A DNA stretch of 64,000 nt, from the NCBI GenBank assembly GCA_003565735.1, contig PXBB01000108.1:15118-79117 (forward strand). Reading direction: 5' to 3'. Below the pieces are notes generated by a model. It saw nothing but the letters and a program-made list of their open reading frames with translations. It searched no databases and was not told the origin of the DNA. Below are positions 28,509-36,900 of the stretch, in pieces; positions within the stretch are counted from its first letter, which is position 1, and each line of letters begins with the position of its first letter. Both the position numbers and the translations under genes were made by a program. The stretch comes from Bacteroidales bacterium (GTDB lineage: Bacteria > Bacteroidota > Bacteroidia > Bacteroidales > PXBB01).

Positions 28509-28641
28509 AACTTAAATATAAACTTAAATTTTAAGCGGTAAAATTTAATATTTAATTTGAACTTAAATTATTTGTTTTCAGCATTGATGCCATTATATCT
28601 TTGATTTCGAAATGTGATAGAAATATATTATTAACTTAAAT
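28509..28641 (+). repeat. Four direct copies of AACTTAAAT in a divergent intergenic region
   Basis: aacttaaat occurs at 28509-28517, 28521-28529, 28560-28568 and 28633-28641. These lie between the 400-aa gene (minus) and the nrnA-like gene (plus). Confidence 0.55.
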
Positions 28642-28954
28642 TTTAAACTATGAAACTTTATTCCCCTAAATATTCCAGTGTACACAAAAAACAAAATAAG
28701 TTTATAAATGGCGTGGAAAAAAATGATGCAAATCAAAGGCTGCCATACAAAAGTAAAAAGCCAAAGGATGTCAGGCCGAAAAAGAAAAAATTAGCTTGTG
28801 CACCTAACTTTAATACACTCAGAAATTTGTTTGAATTACGCATGAAAACCATGAAAAGCTTTCTTATTTGTCGGGCAGAAGCATTTTTCGAAGAAGAGGA
28901 CTTGAAGTAAATTCATAAAAATGAAATAAATTGTTTTACCTTAAATAGTTTTGA

Positions 28955-28962
28955 TAAATTTG
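28955..28962 (+). promoter_or_regulatory. Candidate -7 promoter box (TAnnTTTG)
   Basis: taaatttg lies 16 nt upstream of ATG 28979. Confidence 0.4.
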
Positions 28963-28978
28963 TGTTTAAAAAAATACA

Positions 28979-30001
28979 ATGATAATTGATTCTGACCTAA
29001 CAAACAGACTTCAGCAGCAAATTTCAAAAACACGAAAAGCAGCCATTATAACACATCATAATCCGGATGGAGATGCCGTGGGTTCGTCGCTGGCTTTGTA
29101 CCACTACTTATTGAAAAAGGGTATAAAACCTGAAATTTTCTTTTCCAATATGTACCCCGATTTTCTGTCATGGATGATTACGGATGAGAATTTAAGCGTT
29201 TACAATAACAAAAATGAAGATGTTATAAAAAACAGAATCATGGATGCAGATACCATTTTTTGTTTGGACTTTAACAGTTTTCATAGGGCCTGGCATCTGA
29301 AGCCTTTTTTAAAAACATCAAAAGCATATAAAATATTAATAGATCATCATACGGAGCCTGATTCTAAAAGTTTTGATTTAACATTTTCCACCACTCAAAC
29401 ATCAGCTACAGCCTCCTTGCTCTTTGACATTATTGCATCATCAGGCGACACGCATTTGATGGATAAGAAAATGGCCGAGTTTATCTATGTCGGCATGGCT
29501 ACAGATACGGGTTCCTTTAGTTATAATGCCAATTATACCAGAACTTACGATATTTTATCGCAACTTTTTTCTTTAGGCATTGATGGCGCACACATACAGC
29601 ACCTGGTGTACAACAATTTTACGGAAAAAAGAATGCGTTTATTTGGCCTGTGCTTAAACCAAAACCTTACGGTAAGAAAAGAACATAAAACGGCTTATAT
29701 CACATTGCCAATGAACGATTTAAAAGAATATTCGTATAAGCCGGGCGATACGGAAGGTATTGTAAACTATGCCTTAGCAATTAAGGGTATAGAAATGTCA
29801 GCTCTTTTTATTGAAAGAAAAGATTTGATAAGGGTGTCTTTACGTTCTTACGGCAATCTTAATGTTAATAAAATTGCTGCAGATTTATTCAATGGGGGCG
29901 GACATAAAAATGCTGCCGGTGCTAACTCAAAACTGAGTTTGGCTGATACCATCAAAAAGTTTGAAACGCACTTACCAAAAATTGATAATTACAGAACTTA
30001 A
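28979..30001 (+). CDS. DHH/DHHA1 phosphoesterase (NrnA-like oligoribonuclease/pAp phosphatase)
   Basis: Motifs HHNPDGDAVGS, ILIDHHTEPD (DHH), GMATDTGSF and GGGHKNAAGA (DHHA1). Confidence 0.85.
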   Translation: MIIDSDLTNRLQQQISKTRKAAIITHHNPDGDAVGSSLALYHYLLKKGIKPEIFFSNMYPDFLSWMITDENLSVYNNKNEDVIKNRIMDADTIFCLDFNSFHRAWHLKPFLKTSKAYKILIDHHTEPDSKSFDLTFSTTQTSATASLLFDIIASSGDTHLMDKKMAEFIYVGMATDTGSFSYNANYTRTYDILSQLFSLGIDGAHIQHLVYNNFTEKRMRLFGLCLNQNLTVRKEHKTAYITLPMNDLKEYSYKPGDTEGIVNYALAIKGIEMSALFIERKDLIRVSLRSYGNLNVNKIAADLFNGGGHKNAAGANSKLSLADTIKKFETHLPKIDNYRT

Positions 30002-30074
30002 TTTTCATTAAGAACAGAGCAGTGTATAACATGGTTCATATTTCAAAAGTATGACTGCCAATTCCTTACAACTT

Positions 30075-30632
30075 TCATGACAATTTTTTAGTATATAAAG
30101 GTATAAATACGGAAGTGCTTTGTTTTAAGATGCTTTCGTAGAGAATGATGCTGTTGATTTTTTGTTTTTGAAAGTACTTACCCCTGTAACTTTCTATCAC
30201 TTCATCAACTGTTACTTGCGGACAAATATGTTTAATACGACCAATAGTAATGTGTGATTTAAAAGGTGCTTTTTTGACAGGTATTCTATATGCTTCCATC
30301 AGGCTTTGTGTATGTTGTGCCAATTTAAACAAAGGTTCCGAATCTTCAGTTCCGGCCCATAAAACCGCAGGTTTGTTATGTCTGCAAAAATAACCCATCC
30401 CTTTTATTTTAATGTCAAAAGTCGCATGAGGTACTGATAAAACATCAATGATTTCATATAGTTTCCCTAGCGTTTCCTTATCAGTATTTCCAATAAATTT
30501 CAGTGTAATATGTAGTTTTTCAAAAGCTGTCCATTTTATTTTGCAAGACGACATGGCGCCTTTAATAGTATTAAGGTGTTCTGTAAAATCATCGGAAGCA
30601 TTAATATTAAAGGCTAAGAATGTTCTTTTCAT
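30075..30632 (-). CDS. thpR: RNA 2',3'-cyclic phosphodiesterase (2H phosphoesterase, ThpR/LigT-like)
   Basis: Two HxT motifs: HITLKF and HITIGR. The track start (30662) is TTG and overlaps the upstream gene. ATG 30632 (MKRTFLAFNI) lies 4 nt after that gene's stop. Confidence 0.8.
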   Translation of the reverse strand: MKRTFLAFNINASDDFTEHLNTIKGAMSSCKIKWTAFEKLHITLKFIGNTDKETLGKLYEIIDVLSVPHATFDIKIKGMGYFCRHNKPAVLWAGTEDSEPLFKLAQHTQSLMEAYRIPVKKAPFKSHITIGRIKHICPQVTVDEVIESYRGKYFQKQKINSIILYESILKQSTSVFIPLYTKKLS

Positions 30633-30636
30633 GGTG

Positions 30637-32958
30637 TTAGGGTTCATCAATAACTGCTTCAATTTTAAGCGTTGTGCGTCCGGATTTTGTATTCCCTGTC
30701 ACGTAAATAAATTCCATAAAATTACCCTCAGCACCTTCTACGTTAAATAACACATTAATAATTCCCCGGCGTCCCGGTAAAATTTCTTCAGTCTGCCATT
30801 GGGTAACCAGTTGAGCACTGGTTGTTTCGACATTTGATATTACTAAAGGAACGTCTCCCGTATTCCGAAAAGTGAAATTGTGCGTTAGCCTTTGTCCAGG
30901 TTCAACTACACCAAAGTTATGCGATGTATTGCCAAAATTTATCTCAGCAAATTCTATTTCAGTATCTTCATCACCTGAGACATATTGCACAATCTCTACT
31001 TTGCGCTCTAAGGCAGCAAATCTGCTGTAAATAGAGTTTCTGTGATCATGTGGATTATTGCTTACCAATGGATTGGCCTGGCTGTCGCCTAAAGGCTCCT
31101 CATGAATAATCAAACGTCCCTGCGCTGCTGTTCCATCCAGAAATGGTTTTATACGGCCGTTATCATATCTTTCAAAAAAGTTAATAAGTGTAGAGATACG
31201 CCTTTTTGAAAGTCTGATGTTATATTCGCTTGTATTTAAAGGGCTGGCATAGCCATTAATAACAATATGTACCTGACGTCCTGCTTCAAGGTCTTTAATC
31301 AACCAGGAGGTAAAGCGCTCCAACTGTTCATAGCCATAAACTACATAATTTGAAAAGAAATCTTTGATATCTCTTTCGGCTTGTATTTTAGCTTGACCTT
31401 CCAGGCCTTCACTGTATTTAGCAATATAAGTGTCGGTCATGGCCAGATAATCTTTAAATGTTTCTGTATAGGTGCTTTTCGAACGGGTCAACAGAGTTGC
31501 CGGGTCAGGCATGTCATTATGAAAGTAAAGTGCTAATGGTAAAAGTTTGCGAACTTCTTTTTCAACTTCAGTAATAATGGTATCTTCAACAATTTCGACA
31601 ATGATTTCATCCGGTATTTCAATTATGGGGCGGGTTTCGTATTCCAAGTAATAAATATTGTTACAGCACGCATTGCCTTTAAGTGTCATAGGCCCCGGAC
31701 GGTTGGATGCCATAAAAGCTTCTTCATGAAGTTCACTTTTTACGTAATAGGTGTCATTAAAACTACTGTTAACAGGGAATCCTAGATTTTCAGGTTTTGT
31801 CCATGAGTTATAATAGCCGGTAGATTTAAAAATATCGTAACCGCCCATACCTTCATGCCAATCTGAGCTAAAGTATAATGTTTGAGAGGGTTTATGAAAA
31901 AATGGCGTAATTTCATTGCCCGGTGTGTTAATGAAGCTTCCCAGATTAATGGGTTCTTGATACGCACCGTCATTAATGATGGTGTACCATATATCGTAGC
32001 CCCCCTGGCCACCAGGTCGGTCGGAAACAAAAAAAATGACATCGTGAAGCCCATCAACTCTTCCATAAGTGGGCTGAGTAGTGGTGTAGCCATCAAGATT
32101 GACAGGCTCGGGTAGTTTTTCAGGCCTACGCCAGCCTCTATTACCCAGTCGGCTTTTATACAAATCACACTGTAGCTGACCGGGTTTTAACTCCCGGCAC
32201 CTGCTGAAATACATAACTGTTTTTTCTGGATTAAAGCAGATATTTGCATTATGGTATCTATTGGTATTGATAGACCTTTGTATAGCTTCTGCTTCAGACC
32301 AGCCACTAATACTTAAATTTGAGGCATAAATTTTCGTGTTGTATGTTGGATTTATCAAAGCGCTGCTGCTATGTTGAGCATATGGACGTAAAGCTGAAAA
32401 ATACAGCAGTGTATCACCGACAACATATGGATTAAATTCAGCATATTCACTATTAATGGTTTGTTCCAAAGCTCTTATTCTGACATCGTTGGTATCCCGC
32501 AAGAGTTTTTCTGCATAAAGGCAAGAGGCCATTCTTTGTTTTGTCTTAAGAGCTATAAAATCACTTGTGTTTTCCAATGTTTCATAAAACTGCTTATAAA
32601 CATCATAAGCTGCTGCATATTTAGCACTTCTTTGTTTTACTGAGGCAAGGTTAAATAGTATCTCAGGATGCGCCTGAATAACATGGCTGTGATTAATCAG
32701 CTTCTTGTACCATCTTTCAGCATCGCTATAGGCATGCGTCAGACGAAGCGCATCAGCATACATTTCAATAAGAGTCACATCGTCTGTATCTGAAGAAACA
32801 GCCTTGTTCAAATGATAAACAGCCGTATAAAAATCATGGTCATCAAAAGCTGTGCGTCCCAGCAACAGGTGTTCATGTCGTGTCTGAGAGTGCAAAGGCA
32901 CAGTTAGGGCTAACAAGAAGACCAGAGCAGCTGATATATATTTATTACAATTATTCAT
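30637..32958 (-). CDS. TPR / TolB-like beta-propeller / OmpA-like / DUF1573 multidomain protein
   Basis: Signal peptide (MNNCNKYISAALVFLLALTVPLHSQ), N-terminal TPR-like helices, and TolB-like repeats (ITPFF...LYFSSD, GGYDIW/GGYDIF). There is an OmpA-like segment (INGYASPLNTSEYNIRLSKRRISTLINFF) and a C-terminal DUF1573-like segment (HNFGVVEPGQRLTHNFTFRNTGDVPLVISNV). The track start at 33012 is TTG, so I prefer ATG 32958. Confidence 0.7.
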   Translation of the reverse strand: MNNCNKYISAALVFLLALTVPLHSQTRHEHLLLGRTAFDDHDFYTAVYHLNKAVSSDTDDVTLIEMYADALRLTHAYSDAERWYKKLINHSHVIQAHPEILFNLASVKQRSAKYAAAYDVYKQFYETLENTSDFIALKTKQRMASCLYAEKLLRDTNDVRIRALEQTINSEYAEFNPYVVGDTLLYFSALRPYAQHSSSALINPTYNTKIYASNLSISGWSEAEAIQRSINTNRYHNANICFNPEKTVMYFSRCRELKPGQLQCDLYKSRLGNRGWRRPEKLPEPVNLDGYTTTQPTYGRVDGLHDVIFFVSDRPGGQGGYDIWYTIINDGAYQEPINLGSFINTPGNEITPFFHKPSQTLYFSSDWHEGMGGYDIFKSTGYYNSWTKPENLGFPVNSSFNDTYYVKSELHEEAFMASNRPGPMTLKGNACCNNIYYLEYETRPIIEIPDEIIVEIVEDTIITEVEKEVRKLLPLALYFHNDMPDPATLLTRSKSTYTETFKDYLAMTDTYIAKYSEGLEGQAKIQAERDIKDFFSNYVVYGYEQLERFTSWLIKDLEAGRQVHIVINGYASPLNTSEYNIRLSKRRISTLINFFERYDNGRIKPFLDGTAAQGRLIIHEEPLGDSQANPLVSNNPHDHRNSIYSRFAALERKVEIVQYVSGDEDTEIEFAEINFGNTSHNFGVVEPGQRLTHNFTFRNTGDVPLVISNVETTSAQLVTQWQTEEILPGRRGIINVLFNVEGAEGNFMEFIYVTGNTKSGRTTLKIEAVIDEP

Positions 32959-32962
32959 AATT

Positions 32963-33991
32963 TTAGAAAATGGGGCAGGGCATTCTTTTAACATAAGACT
33001 TTTTGCTGTCAATAATATAACTTAATGATAATTCTAATCCCCCCCGATATCGACTTGCCGGATTAAGACGTGAAATGTTAATATCATAACTGACACCAAA
33101 AGTATAATCAAGATAATCAAATCCAGCCGCAACAATCAAGGCATCAGAAAACCTTAAAAATAAACCCATATTAAAAGTTGAATAGTTGAATGGTTCGGGG
33201 TTTCTGATATACTTAAAATGACTTCCTACAATGATTTCCTGGAAGTTGCCCTGTCTGGCATAAAAAAGGGCAGGGTATGCATCAACGTTTTCATTATAAG
33301 GAAACTGCATCTTGAAGTATGCCAGTAGCTTTCTGTTAACAATAGCAGTAGGTTCATTAAATACGCTTTGGTTAGGTTCGTTCAAGTGAAATAATGCAAC
33401 ACCAGCTTTATAAGTGGTGTTTTTATGGCGATCGTAGAACCAGTTTATGCCCGCTCCATAATCAAAAAAGAGAAAGCTGTTCCTGTCAAAAAATTCGCCA
33501 TGTGGCAGGTCGGGGTCGTACTTTTTACCGTCATATTGGCTGTCGAAAATCAATTTATCAGGGTCAAAGCTTCTTTGTACAAAACCAGGCTGAATACCAA
33601 ATGCAATAAATTGTGTGTTTTGCCTATTGAGGGTTTTGATATAAGATATGTTAAGATAAGCCTGAGTCGTTCCATAGTTAGCATCTCCGGCTTTATCAGT
33701 ATTAAAAACCAAACCTCCTCCGATCATATCCATTTTATCATTTCTTTCGAACAACCTCATATCGAAAGTACCGGAAAAAGTACGGTAGGGGGTTGTTACT
33801 GATTGCCATTGGTTTTTGTAATTACTGCTAAAACGGTGGGAACCCTGAAAAAAACCGGACTGTGCAGGGTTAAGATTTAAAGGGGATGTCTGAAACTGCG
33901 AGAAATGAATATCTTGAGCTATTAATGTATGGTTTGCTACAAAACAAACAAACATAAATACTAAGCCGGCATGTTTTATATTCATAATCAT
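32963..33991 (-). CDS. Type IX secretion system membrane protein, PorP/SprF family
   Basis: 342 aa. Signal peptide, then DIHFSQFQTSPLNLNPAQSGFF, the hallmark N-terminus of PorP/SprF. It lies directly downstream of a type-B CTD cargo gene. Confidence 0.9.
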   Translation of the reverse strand: MIMNIKHAGLVFMFVCFVANHTLIAQDIHFSQFQTSPLNLNPAQSGFFQGSHRFSSNYKNQWQSVTTPYRTFSGTFDMRLFERNDKMDMIGGGLVFNTDKAGDANYGTTQAYLNISYIKTLNRQNTQFIAFGIQPGFVQRSFDPDKLIFDSQYDGKKYDPDLPHGEFFDRNSFLFFDYGAGINWFYDRHKNTTYKAGVALFHLNEPNQSVFNEPTAIVNRKLLAYFKMQFPYNENVDAYPALFYARQGNFQEIIVGSHFKYIRNPEPFNYSTFNMGLFLRFSDALIVAAGFDYLDYTFGVSYDINISRLNPASRYRGGLELSLSYIIDSKKSYVKRMPCPIF

Positions 33992-33995
33992 AGCT

Positions 33996-36900
33996 CTATC
34001 TCAACAATGTCACATTACCTTGAGTACGAAACTCTTGCTCATCAACACAAACAACTTCCAGGTAATAAACGTAAACACCGGGTTCGCTCATGCGGCCTTT
34101 ATATGTACCGTCCCATCCTTTTTGCATGGATCTGGTCTCAAAGACTTTTTCGCCCCAACGGTTAAAAACTGCAAAATAAATTTCATCAATGACAACACCT
34201 CTTACATAGAGTACATCATTATAGTTATCATCATTAGGCGAGAAGGCATTTGGCACAAAAACATTAGATTCGTCGCATATTATTTCAGCTACATAAATGG
34301 TTATAGTATCCCTATATACACAACCCCATGGGTCCGTGTAAGTTAAAATATAGGTGGTGGTTTCTTTGGGCGAAGCTCTGGGATTATGAACGTATGGGTT
34401 GTTCAAACCTGTAAATGGGTGCCATAAATAGGTGTAGTTGTCGAGTTCTGTAGCCCATATCTGAGTAGTTTGCCCATAGAAAATAGTGTCATTTTCGGCA
34501 TATATCATAAAATCAGGAGGTACAACACTAGAATCATTAACAAAAATACTGATCTGTTCTGTACAATTAAGACTGTCCGTAACAGTGACATAATTATTAC
34601 CATAGCAAAGTCCGACTGCTGTATCATTAACTTGCCCATCATGCCACAAGTAGGTGAAAGGGGGAAACTCCCCACTGGCTGTTACAATTGCTGTAGCATT
34701 GCACACCTCTTCGCATGGAACATTAGTGGCGCTAATATCCAATAAAATAGGAAGAGGGTTTTCCAAATAAACGCTGTCAATAAAAACACATCCTTGTGCA
34801 TCAGTTATTGTAAAAACGCTGTAGCCGCTGCATAAATCATCAACATGATAGCCGCTGCTGCCATTACTCCAAACAACACTATAAGGTTCTGTACCACCTC
34901 CGATAGCTACGAAAACTTCACCATCGCAATAATTATGACAGCTTGGGTGACTTATAATAGCCACATCCACCATAATATCATAAGGCTCTTCTATAATTGC
35001 ATAAACATTCCTCAGGCAGCCTTCCGAATCGCTAACAGTAATACTGTATGTACCCGCACAAAGATTATTGTGATGAGATCCTGTATATCCTGTGTGCCAC
35101 TGGTATGTATATGGTGGTGTACCACCACTGGGAATCAATTCTGCTGTACCGTCGCAGTAGCCAAAGCAGGTGGCGGGTTCTTGTTGAACAGTAACATCAA
35201 GTGTGGATGTATCTTGAATAATAACACTTTGATTTTCAACACAGTTATTATCATCAGTTACAGTAACAGTATAAGTTCCGGCACATAAACCTGTAATAGT
35301 TGGCGTTGTTGGCCCCGATATCCATGAATAACTGTAGGGCGGTGTTCCTCCCAGAGCTGCTACAGTAATTTCTCCATCACAAATACCATTACATGATACG
35401 TGAGTGGTATCAACTACTGTCACTAAAAGCTGAGGAGGCTCATTAACAGTATATGTTTCTACTACACTGCAATTATTAGCATCAGTAATGCTGACGCTAT
35501 AGCTTCCCGCACACAAATTAATGGCTGTTTGCGTCATTTGACCATTGCTCCAAAGGTAAGCATAAGGGGCATCACCACCCGAAGCTGTCACATTAATAGA
35601 GCCGCTACATTGTTGATAACATGGATCGTCGTCAATTGTAGCACCCGCAAATAGTTCAACAACATCCACAACAACCTGCATTGTTGCCATACAGCCTAAA
35701 GTGTCTGTTACGGTGACTATAAAAGTTGTGTTTTGTTGTGGGCTTACCGTAGGTTGATTGGTAGTAGCTCCACTAATAATCTGCTGTAGTGGAGACCAGG
35801 CATAAGTTAAGGGATTAGTAGGGTTTAAATTGCTAACACTTAACTGGGTAGTATCACCTAAGCATATTTTAACGGGCGTTTGAGTAGAAATGTCAACATG
35901 GGAAATGCGCACTTTAACAGAGTCAATGGCAGTACAATTATTGTTAGCAACTTTTACATAATAAAAACCATCGGATACGGGATTAAAAGAGTAATTGGGT
36001 GAAGCTGGAAAAGCATTTAAAGTATCAGTGAACTGAGGGTTCGATGACCATAAGAAATATTTTACATTTTGATTGGCCTGAGCGGTAAGTGTAATATTAT
36101 CACCGGCACACATGGTCGTATCATTACCGGCAAAAACAGTCAGGTCGTCAACCACAACTTTTTTAAATAAGCTGTCAACACAAACGCCATTATCAACAAG
36201 CAGCATGTAGTTTGTAGTACTAAGGGGTGAGGCAATCGGGTTTGGAACGCCAGTATGACTTAGTCCCGTAGCAGGCGTCCATTGGTAGGTTGTATTAGGG
36301 TCGGGCAGGGGAGGGATGCCAATTTGAGTAAAATCACCAAAGCAAATGGTATCGTTAGGGAGTGTATCTACCGTATTGGAAAGCACAACGATTTGTTTTA
36401 CAATGGTATCCGTATAGTTGCATGCGCCTGTGTCTGTAACAGCAAGCATGACGCTATAAATGCCGGAATTAAGGTATGTATGCGTAGGGTTGTAATCAGT
36501 ACTGTTGTTGGCATCACCAAAGTCCCAAAAGACGTTAACGCCTGCTCCTGATGTTGTAGAGGTATTGTTGAAAGTAATAGTTGCCGGTGCGCATAAAATG
36601 GGTGGCACATTAAAATCGGCTATGGTTACGGGAATGCCAAAATCCATTTTAAAAACAGCATTATTACAATTATGACTGTTGTTTGTTTGAGACCAGGCGC
36701 CCGGTGTTGTTGGTGTATCGGAATGACCGCCGCAACCAGCACACATAGACTGGTAAATGACGCCTCTTTTGTCGAAGCGACTGGTGCCACCATCCACATG
36801 ATCGTTGCTAATGGCACCTCCAAAGTATGTAGCATAAACCAAAGAGGAAGCATCATCAGTAATAACAAGCAGGTAAAAGTCGTTGTTGTTTGTTGTTGAT

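Noticed and set aside
28650-28910. 86-aa Lys-rich ORF upstream of the nrnA-like gene
   Set aside because: It is low-complexity and basic with no recognisable motif, and it lies in an AT-rich promoter region that also contains the AACTTAAAT repeats. I cannot support it as a gene.
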